DNA from: Nematocida ausubeli | Lineage: Eukaryota | Reading direction: 5' to 3' | Length of the DNA stretch: 64,000 nucleotides | NCBI RefSeq assembly: GCF_000738915.1 | Contig: NW_026515638.1 | Span: 456,882 to 520,881 of the forward strand | In this document: in pieces, positions 22,949-32,193 of the stretch | How the letters are laid out: every line of letters begins with the position of its first letter | How positions within the stretch are numbered: the stretch's first letter is position 1 | The notes under the pieces: generated by a model | Databases searched by the model: none | What the model saw: only the letters and a program-made list of their open reading frames with translations | Told to the model about the DNA's origin: nothing | Position numbers and translations under genes: made by a program

Positions 22949-24841
22949 TTATTTTGCCTCTTCAATGATTGGCTCGCCAGAGTTAGCTCCTGCATTTCCT
23001 CCCTGAAGTTTAGACATGTATGGGGCAAAGGCTGCCTCAAGTGCCTTCTTCTTCTCTGCATACTCTTCTGCAGTTCTGCTGAGTGCAGATGGCACTGCCT
23101 TGAGCCATGCTTCTCCCTCTGCAAGCTTAGCGTTTGCCTCGGTCTGGACAGATGCGTCAAGCTTCTTGAAAAGCTCTTTGACTGTGTAAAGGTAGCTGTC
23201 TAGCTCGGTGTATGCTGCAATAATAACCTTGTTCTTCTCATCCTGCTCCTGGAACTTAACAGCCTCCTCCTGCATTCTCTTGATCTCCTCTGGGCTGCTG
23301 ACAGTCTTGTCCTTGGTTATGGTGATTTCCTGCTCGCTTCCGGAAGAAGACTCGCTTGCTGTTACTGAAAGAATACCGTTGGAGTCAATGCTGCACTTCA
23401 CAACAATCTTTGGCTCTCCTCTTGGTGCGGGTGGGATTCCGTTCAGATGGAACTCTCCAAGCTTGTGGTTGTCTGCAACCATAGCTCTCTCTCCTTCGAA
23501 GATCACAATGGACACTGCGGTCTGGTTGTCTGAGTAGGTACTGAATGTCTGTGTCTTGGTGGTTGGGATTGTGGTGTTCTTTGGAACAATTGGAGTGAAA
23601 ACTCCTCCAGCGGTCTCAATACCAATGGACAGTGGAATGACATCAAGAAGAAGAAGGTCGTTGTCGCCCTCAAGTGCTTCTCCGTTCAGAACTGCGGCCT
23701 GGATGGCTGCACCCTGTGCTACAGCTTCATCTGGGTGGACACTCTTGTTAAGTGCCTTTCCGTTGAAGAAGTCAGAAAGCATCTTCTGGACCTTTGGGAT
23801 TCTTGTGGATCCTCCAACCAAAATGATTTCGTCAATGTTGTTCTTTGAAAGCTTGGCATCTCCAAGAGTCTTCTCAACGCATGGGATAAGCTTGTCAAAG
23901 AAGACCTTGCAGAGTACCTCGAACTTTGCTCTTGTAAGGGTGTAGCACAGGTCTAATCCCTTGTGGAATGAGTCTACAATGATCTGGACAGACAGAGAGG
24001 AAGAAAGTGTTCTCTTTGCGTTTTCAATCTGGGCTCTTAATCTGGCAAGAGATCTTGCAGTGAGTCCTGAAACGTCCATGTTGTTCTCCTTGGCAAAGGT
24101 CTCTGCAATCTGCTTGGCAAGAGTGTGGTCTAAGTCGGATCCTCCCAAGTGGGTGTCTCCTCCTGTGGCCTTGACTTCAAAGAATCCCTTCTCAACTGCG
24201 AGAATGGACACATCGAATGTACCACCTCCAAAGTCGAAAACAAGAATCTTCTTTTCGCTGTCTCCAGATGCCTGGTCCATACCGTATGCAACTGCGGCGG
24301 CAGTTGGCTCGTTGATGATTCTGAGCACCTCAAGTCCTGCCATGGTACCTGCCTCCTTGGTAAGCTCTCTCTGGTTGTTCTTGAAGTATGCTGGGACGGT
24401 TACTACAGCCTTGTTTACTGGTGCACCAAGGTACTCCTCTGCGCAGTCCTTTAGGTACTTAAGCACCATAGAGCTGATCTGCTCTGGGTAGTACTTAACC
24501 TGCTGTCCTCCCTTGGTTACCTCAATCATTGGCTTGTTTGCTGGGCCCTTTACCACGCTGAATGGCCAGTGCTTAATGTCCTTCTGTACGTTTTCATCGT
24601 CGTATGTCAGACCAATAAGTCTTTTTGCGTCATAGATGGTGTTCACTGGGTCGTTTCTTGCATTATTTGCAGCGGTTTCTCCAATTAATAATTCATTCTC
24701 GGTGAATGCAACAATAGAGGGAGTGGTTCTTCCTCCAGACTTGTTGATGATTATTTCTGGTTTTCCGTTTTGCATAACTGACATGCATGAGTTAGTTGTT
24801 CCTAGATCAATTCCTATTGCGTATTCTTTTGCTTTCGCCAT
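22949..24841 (-). CDS. HSP70: Cytosolic Hsp70 (Ssa-type)
   Basis: [38 protein letters not shown]; cytosolic-type [10 protein letters not shown] and IETAGGV; no signal or transit peptide; C-terminus PIIEEAK. Confidence 0.95.
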   Translation of the reverse strand: MAKAKEYAIGIDLGTTNSCMSVMQNGKPEIIINKSGGRTTPSIVAFTENELLIGETAANNARNDPVNTIYDAKRLIGLTYDDENVQKDIKHWPFSVVKGPANKPMIEVTKGGQQVKYYPEQISSMVLKYLKDCAEEYLGAPVNKAVVTVPAYFKNNQRELTKEAGTMAGLEVLRIINEPTAAAVAYGMDQASGDSEKKILVFDFGGGTFDVSILAVEKGFFEVKATGGDTHLGGSDLDHTLAKQIAETFAKENNMDVSGLTARSLARLRAQIENAKRTLSSSLSVQIIVDSFHKGLDLCYTLTRAKFEVLCKVFFDKLIPCVEKTLGDAKLSKNNIDEIILVGGSTRIPKVQKMLSDFFNGKALNKSVHPDEAVAQGAAIQAAVLNGEALEGDNDLLLLDVIPLSIGIETAGGVFTPIVPKNTTIPTTKTQTFSTYSDNQTAVSIVIFEGERAMVADNHKLGEFHLNGIPPAPRGEPKIVVKCSIDSNGILSVTASESSSGSEQEITITKDKTVSSPEEIKRMQEEAVKFQEQDEKNKVIIAAYTELDSYLYTVKELFKKLDASVQTEANAKLAEGEAWLKAVPSALSRTAEEYAEKKKALEAAFAPYMSKLQGGNAGANSGEPIIEEAK

Positions 24842-24870
24842 GGACTATAAAAAGTTTTATTTTTTTATAG

Positions 24871-24901
24871 TTTTATATTTCTGGAATTTTCCGGTTTTTT
24901 C
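24871..24901 (-). promoter_or_regulatory. Proximal heat-shock element plus TATA box of Hsp70
   Basis: TTC-TG-GAA-TT-TTC at 24879-24891 with a further in-register TTC at 24899-24901; minus-strand TATAAAA at 24871-24877, ~30 nt upstream of the ATG. Confidence 0.7.
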
Positions 24902-25094
24902 CAGCTGTCTTTGTTTTTTTGCCTTTTAGCTAATAAGAAAAATGATTTATTTCTTTGTAAAAGCTGCACTCTCCTAGTAGAAATCTCTGAGTATACCACA
25001 GAAATGCATATATTCATCTCTAAAGCGCAATCCAAGTATTATTTTGTGCAGAAAGCCAGTGAGATTCAATATTGTTGTGTTTATGCCCAAAGAT

Positions 25095-25107
25095 TTCTAG
25101 AATTTTC
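25095..25107. promoter_or_regulatory. Distal heat-shock element of Hsp70
   Basis: TTC-TA-GAA-TT-TTC, a perfect three-unit nGAAn array. Confidence 0.55.
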
Positions 25108-26227
25108 CTCGTATTTCCAGATAAAAATGAACATATGAAACTTAGATGGCGTATAGTATTTATGTGCCAAAGATTTTTTGTTTATAGTGTATTGCGTTTC
25201 TATATTCTTCTTTAAGTAAATTTTTCTATTTAAATTACTAGCATGCCATGCATGAATAAAATGTATTGTACTTTAGAAGTAAGAGAAAAAGAGACGTATC
25301 TTCTATGGCAGAATATGCCAAATATAATCACATACTAATCCCTTCTTTCGGACTAGCTAACAACTAAAGCACGCATGTAGCGTGCTCTGGGCTTATTTAT
25401 GCGCCTCCTTATATGCGAATGCAAATTGCCCGAGCTTTATATAACCCGAAGTAATAAAGATTCAAATAATAGCGTGTCTATGGAATATATATTGTAAGTT
25501 AACTATGAAAAGGTGCTTTCTCTAAATATCTTTCACCGAATTTCTAAATAAGATGGTTCTAATAGGAATCCCAACGGCATAATGCTAAGTGTTCACTATG
25601 CGTCAGCATGATAAAATATGCGTTGTTTTCAAGATGTAAGAGTGTACTCAGATGATTTTACAAAAGGTGTCATTTATAAACGCTGTCTTTATTTAAAACT
25701 CAATTTATTTAAATATTTTTAATTGAAATACTTGCTCCTTCTTGAACTGGCCTAAACAAATTGGGTAATTGTTCTAGTAATTCCTTTTAGAGGATAGTTA
25801 AACAACCTGTACGCTGTTTATGGGAATATAACCCGAAACCAATAATATATATCCCATCAAATGTTAGACATAGCATATAACGAACCATTTAATAAATAAT
25901 ATTACTCTATATTTGCCAATATATTCCTTTATGAATGTGATTTATGCTTTTGATATCTGGAATATCAGCAGCTAATCTTGGCATGTGCTATCTATTCGTT
26001 ATTTTCTTATTTATTTATTTTCTTTTTAATGGGATACCTTTGCTTTTTCCTTAGCAAGACATATTTTTTAAGGCTATTTTTGTATTTATAAAATATTAAA
26101 GTCTAACTTTTTAGCTGTCTCACCCACCATACAAAGACTTTGCAAATTTAATTCTTTAAGAAAATTGGAAGAATCAAACTGATTAATCCCACATAAAAGA
26201 GAAAGAGAGCATATACGATTAAACTCA

Positions 26228-29200
26228 ATGGAGACAAGAAGAATCATAGCTCTTATATTGATTGCATTCTCACAGTACATCTTTCCTACAGCCATACCCC
26301 TAGTGGATCCAGATGAAATAGAAAAAGACATCAAAGTACTGAAAAGTACCTCAGTTTCCATAGAGTGGTGCAGCCTTCTCACAATTCCAATAGAAGAGGC
26401 GCTGTACCATCTGGATGAGTACAAAAAAAGAATTCACATTGTGCATACAATATTGAACCGGTATCGAAATAGACTGGTGCATGGAATATCTGTGTTTAAT
26501 GGAGTTGTCTGGCTAAAAACCACAACAGATAAATATCTAGAAATATTTGGCGAGATACATAGGTATATGGTGAGAGATGCTGGTGTCACTAAGAAGAAGG
26601 AGAGGCTATGTATATATCTGAAGAAACATTTGGCCATGCTGACCGGTACATGCAGTGACTGTACACACCAGGATTGGATAGAGGGATTTATGGAAGAGCT
26701 ACTAACAGATCGCGATCTACTCTACGAGAATTACTACTATAGCTGCATCTCAATCCATTTACTGAATAGGTTTTCTTTGGAGGAAAGAGAGCTAATAGAC
26801 CTATACAACGAGTGCTGCCAAAGAATAGTGAATGTAAAAGCACTCAGACTAGACACAATACGAGGATTAGAGTGGCTATATCCAGGAAAAAATAGAGAAG
26901 AGCAGTGGGCATCGCTTTTTATAGATAAAGAGCTCTTTGCTCTTTTTTACATGCTGTATAGCGAGGCATCCACTTACATATGGGAGTACTTTCCCATTAA
27001 TTTTCATAAGATACTTCTTTTCCACAATGAGCTGTTTGCAAATGCAGAAATATATAACAATGTAATATGCCGTTCTTACATCTTTTCTATGCTGAAGAGT
27101 GAGAGTACAGACTCATTAAATGCAGATGCGTATTCATCATACATTTACAAGGCAATATCCAGTTGGAGCGAACCACTCAGCTCAAAGATAGATGTGTTAG
27201 AAGAGAAATATTTAAAGCCCCACAACCAAGTGCCTTGGGGCAAAGAATGCTGGGATAGTTTTGTGCACAGCTGCTTTGTTAGAGAGAAAATGCCACAATT
27301 AATAAAGGACATATGGGCTCATTTAGACCGCAGCTTGGAGAGACTCAATAAAGTGATAGACACATCCCAGTATAACGTGGAGAGTATGTTTACAGAACAC
27401 AGAAAAATATACACACAGAGCATGGTTACAGAGCTTGAAAACGTCTGCAAGAACGATGAATTTGGATTTTACACACCGCTAACTGTTGAGCATGTTCTTA
27501 GAAAGCTGCATAAAAACAGCATAGATTGTGCACCAAGTATATTGCAGATAATAAAACTGGTGGGACACCGCACATTTGCTGATACTTATACAGATTCAAA
27601 GCATCTTCCGCTAATTATGAATGAGCAGAAGAAAGCAAGTGAAGAAAACATCTTTCCGTATGACAGTCAGAGTATGGATGGAAAGTATATACCTCTAATC
27701 AAGACAGACACGAACTGTGCAGAGGACACAGACTTTCTTGGCATTGTGCTAACATACCACAATATTCTGGTTGGGAATCTCTTCACTGCTCTGTGTGCTA
27801 TCCTCTATGAAAAATGGGCAGGATGCTTTGGAATCCATTCCATATACGTGATCGACTCAATTATAGAGACAGAAATGAAGCCGCATTATCTTATTTCTCT
27901 GGCATATATCTACAAAAACGTTGTAGACCGAACTATGGGAATTGAAAGAATTTCTATGTGTTTAATGCAGGAAGTGCAAAATATTATAAAAGTGTGCCAA
28001 CCAAAGAAAGTGTTCATGCCGGACTATGCTGAGATAAATCTTTTTAATATAAGTGAGTACATTGATCTCTCAAGCTTAACAACTGAAGAAAGAGTTGCAT
28101 TGGGGCATCCTTTACCAAAATATTCCTCCGACAGTATGGAGGATCTTATTTGTCAGCTTAAAAACAGGCACACAACAGCAGTTGCCTATATTAGAACATA
28201 TAAGCTGCTACTAAACATGCAGAGAGACATCTATACTCTGCTTGTTCCCAAGTATATTTTGGGAATAGACAAGCTGTACATAATTGACTCTGCATGTTTA
28301 CCAAAGTGCCACTACTCGAATACAATAGATCTGTATAGGTATACACATGTATACACAGCATATCCACAGATTAATATGTTGAAGCAGTACTTAGAAGAAA
28401 TGCAGATGCAGAAAGAGTGTCCAAATGTCTTGCAGATGAGCATAGAAGAGTATAAGAATTTTAAAACTGCGCAGAAAACGAGCAGCTACACACAGTTCAC
28501 CAAAGACTGCGCCATACTAGAGATGTTCTATGCAGGAATGCATATGGAAAGAGTGTTTAGAAGCTATATAGTTACGTTAGTAATATGGTTTAGCAATTCA
28601 TTTATTAGATTTTTCACCCCCAAAAGGCTCTCTGACAGTGTTGTTAACTTCTTAAGCTCTTTCATTATAGGATCTCCTCTGGACCACAAGACAAGCATGC
28701 CGGTAGGTCTCTCAGAGCTAAGAATAAACATACTGTTAGACAGAACCCTGTATGAGGAAAGGGACATAATATTTCTTCAGCCTGGGAAATGCACATCAGT
28801 TAGCATCTCAATCGCAATAAGTGAAGTTAAGTCCTTCCACTATTTGGTAACAAGGCTAAATAATTCAGATAGTGGGTTGGCGGTATCTGAAAATAACCAA
28901 ATGGTAATAGACCAGATTGAAAAGATATACAATAGAGTGAAATTCACGGAATGTCCTATAAGCCCGGCCCCACTACAAGACGAAGAACATATGAAAATTA
29001 ACGCAGAAAAAGTGAAGAACCAATGTAATATGCATATAAATGATGAAGCTTTGGTTTCCTCAGCACCAATTAGAACTCCAAAGAAAGTCTCTGCCTCTTA
29101 TGAAAAGAAAAACATCTGGCACAGTAATAAAAAAAAGGCACAAAGGAAGAATACTTTAAACTCTAGCAATGGATGGGTATTATTAGCGTCCACTGTATGT

Positions 29201-29248
29201 ATTCTTTCTGTGTTTGGCATTACTATCTTTGGAATATATTTGTGGTAA
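26228..29248 (+). CDS. Large lineage-specific type I membrane / surface protein
   Basis: 1006 aa; signal peptide METRRIIALILIAFSQYIFPTA; terminal TM helix GWVLLASTVCILSVFGITIFGIYLW with no cytosolic tail. Confidence 0.85.
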   Translation: METRRIIALILIAFSQYIFPTAIPLVDPDEIEKDIKVLKSTSVSIEWCSLLTIPIEEALYHLDEYKKRIHIVHTILNRYRNRLVHGISVFNGVVWLKTTTDKYLEIFGEIHRYMVRDAGVTKKKERLCIYLKKHLAMLTGTCSDCTHQDWIEGFMEELLTDRDLLYENYYYSCISIHLLNRFSLEERELIDLYNECCQRIVNVKALRLDTIRGLEWLYPGKNREEQWASLFIDKELFALFYMLYSEASTYIWEYFPINFHKILLFHNELFANAEIYNNVICRSYIFSMLKSESTDSLNADAYSSYIYKAISSWSEPLSSKIDVLEEKYLKPHNQVPWGKECWDSFVHSCFVREKMPQLIKDIWAHLDRSLERLNKVIDTSQYNVESMFTEHRKIYTQSMVTELENVCKNDEFGFYTPLTVEHVLRKLHKNSIDCAPSILQIIKLVGHRTFADTYTDSKHLPLIMNEQKKASEENIFPYDSQSMDGKYIPLIKTDTNCAEDTDFLGIVLTYHNILVGNLFTALCAILYEKWAGCFGIHSIYVIDSIIETEMKPHYLISLAYIYKNVVDRTMGIERISMCLMQEVQNIIKVCQPKKVFMPDYAEINLFNISEYIDLSSLTTEERVALGHPLPKYSSDSMEDLICQLKNRHTTAVAYIRTYKLLLNMQRDIYTLLVPKYILGIDKLYIIDSACLPKCHYSNTIDLYRYTHVYTAYPQINMLKQYLEEMQMQKECPNVLQMSIEEYKNFKTAQKTSSYTQFTKDCAILEMFYAGMHMERVFRSYIVTLVIWFSNSFIRFFTPKRLSDSVVNFLSSFIIGSPLDHKTSMPVGLSELRINILLDRTLYEERDIIFLQPGKCTSVSISIAISEVKSFHYLVTRLNNSDSGLAVSENNQMVIDQIEKIYNRVKFTECPISPAPLQDEEHMKINAEKVKNQCNMHINDEALVSSAPIRTPKKVSASYEKKNIWHSNKKKAQRKNTLNSSNGWVLLASTVCILSVFGITIFGIYLW

Positions 29249-30226
29249 AATTTCTATAATTTATACAAGAGGTATTCAGACACTAGTAAATGGGAAAATT
29301 CTAGGAACCCAAAATTATAAATTAATTTAATATATGTTTATAAACGATACAGCCAAACCGAAATATAATGATGGGCACTAATATAATTGCCTGGCAGCAG
29401 CAAGAATAAAAGAATAAAAGCATCTTAGCCTGAACTCACTTTCTTCTAGACTATTTTCATGCGGGTGCTGTCTCTTTTAGGGAATGCTAATACCATATTC
29501 ATAATATATATGCCTAGAATGTTTAATTGTTCTAAGCTGAAAACCTTCTACTATTATAGGTCAAATAAAGGTGATCTATCGATTATGAACATGAGTTATC
29601 ACAAAAGCTTGTTAAAGAAAGCCTTCTAGTGATAGTGCATTCTTAGTCTCTATTTTTAGGATTAAGTTGGTTGTTTTAGTGAAATTAGTGTGCTTTTTTG
29701 CATGTGCAGTTATATTTTTATATTATTAAGCTTTCTATGTGCACTAGCATATCCACAATAAAAAGTTCTGCTAGACTGTTTTTAGCTTAGTTTAAATTTC
29801 TTTTAGAGTTTTATTTCCCAAGAGCCTTGTGTATAGCATAAGATGGGCTATCCCAATAAACAGTTCAGAATAAATATTAGTTTCTTTGCATGTATAGAAT
29901 AATTTATTTATGTGTTAGTTTATTCAATAATATCCAACCATGCACTATAATCTTCATGCGCATTGTCTATTCATTAAACTGCATATGCGCATGCTTTCTA
30001 TATTTATCCTGTACTCTCTATCTCTAATCTGCCTCTTCTGTACAATGTCTCCATTCTTCTGTCTATGTGTTCTTATTATCCTTTCTTCTACATCTTTGCA
30101 AAAATAAACTCTACAATATTCGCACTACCGTCATTGTTCAGAAGGGTTTGTTTCTTCTAAAAAAAAGATAAAGACACACGAAAATCAGAAAACTGCACTT
30201 TTTGAAGAACCACTCTCAGCAAACAC

Positions 30227-30570
30227 TCAGCACAATGTAGAAAGCTGAACAAACTCCGCATCACACGCCAGCCACATAAAGAACAAAAAGGCTCTGTCCA
30301 GACATGAAAACCTATGCGCACACCAGCACAGAACTATACACACATACCACACATGATATACATACACGTATATACATACTATACACAGACTACACATATG
30401 CAATATGTATGCTGATAGAGACACATCAGAAGTAGACAAGAGTGCATTCCTCAAGCATGCTATGCAAGTTTCAAGACACCAGCTGTCTACCTCACCTACC
30501 CATCTGCACACACCTCCCTACATCAGCAGGTCTTTCTCCAATGCCTGCTGCACATGCCTTGTACACACTC
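30227..30570. repeat. CA/TA-rich strand-asymmetric low-complexity tract
   Basis: Runs such as atacacacataccacacatgatatacatacacgtatatacatactatacacagactacacat; few G on the plus strand. Confidence 0.5.
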
Positions 30571-30789
30571 TCCCACTATATTAATTTTTCGTCATATGGT
30601 CCTCTGAGGTGCGTAATTTGCACATAGACCGGGCAACAGACCGCAATTAAGTAAACAAACAGCAGAACGCGGTCTAGAGTGCACTTAGAAGGGCCCAATG
30701 CACATATTTCCAAATTTGATCATTTTTTGGGGGTATTTAAGGGCCACGCACTCTGCATTTCAGAACACCAGGAGAGCTGCATCTGTCTC

Positions 30790-31296
30790 ACGGCGCAGTG
30801 CAGAGAAGAGGGCTGGCTAGGAGGTGGCAGGAGCAAGCCGGCACTAACCCTGCCGGTGGGTCGTCCACTATTATCATTCCCTTCGGGGTAGCCTATATGG
30901 CCATATGGAGTAGCTTGGATGCCAACTTTGTCATTAGGAAATTCCGCGCATGTTCTTTTTACCTTGATGCTTGTACATTTAATATTTAGAGCCGCTGCGT
31001 TGTCTAAGCCGAAGTGGCACTGAACTATGCGTGCACTGGACTTCCCTGCTCCTGTCCTCAGCACCGACTGGCCCTCTCCTCTGCGCCGCGCGCGCGATGG
31101 CCTGCCGTGCTGTCTGCAGCGCTCCGGCAAACAGCAGCATGCGCGGGCCGCTGGGTTCTCAGGCCAGTCGCAAGACGCCGCTCTCCCTGCATATGCAGCA
31201 GCTAACCACTGCATGTGTATGCAGCGAGCGAAGATGTGCTGTGTGCAGGCAGTACATGGCGCCCGTACATGGCCGGTACACACTATTATTAATAAA
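30790..31296 (+). ncRNA. Structured ncRNA of ~500 nt, candidate telomerase RNA
   Basis: GC-rich island in AT-rich intergenic DNA. Long-range helices 30795-30816/31068-31089 and 30826-30835/31047-31056 with G-U pairs on the plus strand; C(UUCG)G and GCAA tetraloops; CTAACCCT at 30844-30851; TATTTAA+GGG upstream and AATAAA at 31291. Boundaries approximate; identity as telomerase RNA is much less certain than the ncRNA call. Confidence 0.55.
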
Positions 31297-32193
31297 CAGC
31301 CGCTCCCGATCTGCCTGCTGTCTTGCTGTACTGTGTCCGTCCTTTGTGTGCTCAACTAATATTCCTTGTCCGCAAGCCTCGAATGGCTTTTTATCTTAAA
31401 CTCTTTTACTGTGCTGCTAATTTTCCTTGGAGTAGTAGTGGGAATAAAATGTTTCTTTTGGTAAGCAATGACCAAGCAAGCGCTGTTTGCGAATAGCTAT
31501 GTGGTTACATAGGTGTATAGCACTTACATGTACTGTACTAGTTGCTAATAAGTGTGCATTGGGCTGAGAAGAACTCTAGTAGTTGAAGTGTGAAAACTAA
31601 AAATAGTAAGTTAAAGAAAGTTCAAATTCTCTTTATTCAAGATATTTTCTACTTATAAATAGTGTAATGCTAAAGCTTATTTTTTGCAAGCTTGGCTTAG
31701 AGTTAATAATATTTATGCAGTTTTTTGCATATAGAAAATAGTGCCTATAGAGCCATCTTCAAATGTTTTCATCCCATAAATAGTTTAGAATTTAAACAAA
31801 TGGCTATAGGCTTATGAATAAAGAGTTGGAAAACAATAAGTCGCCTAATTCCACAACAAGTCGCAATATGCACTGTAAAAAGCAGTATAAATTAATCAAA
31901 TAACTGAAATGCGTTAATGTAAAGAGTAACTAAAGCAGAAGCATCGATATTCATATCTTTATCCTTCTCTTTTCAGAGATTATAAAATCAAGTACTATTA
32001 AAGCAACTGTGATTATACAAAATAGACCATTGTGGTGGTCTAAAGAAGACACAAAAGGCACTGGAGACAGATAAGTCTATCTAATATTATTCTGCATATT
32101 TCGGGTTATATCCTAAATATAAAGATATTTTATGATCTGTCTAGATTATTGACTTCTTTAGGCACGGCTAGTAAATGAAGCATATGATACATA

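Noticed and set aside
30595..30730. U4 snRNA resemblance (GGTCCTCTGAGGTGCG plus Sm-like site)
   Set aside because: The kink-turn GA pair is incomplete, and Nematocida is reported to have lost spliceosomal machinery.
30937..31046. RNase P/MRP P4-like strings (GGAAAUUCCG on plus; GGGAAGUCCAG on minus)
   Set aside because: No proper CR-V partner or spacing for P2/P3 and the S-domain, and no GAAAGUCCCC/GGGGCU pair. Not fully excluded without Infernal.
30720..31399. Several overlapping 60-211-aa ORFs in the GC-rich island
   Set aside because: Cys/Ala/Arg-rich, on both strands, several with non-ATG starts and no recognisable domain; expected from high GC. RNA structure explains the region better.
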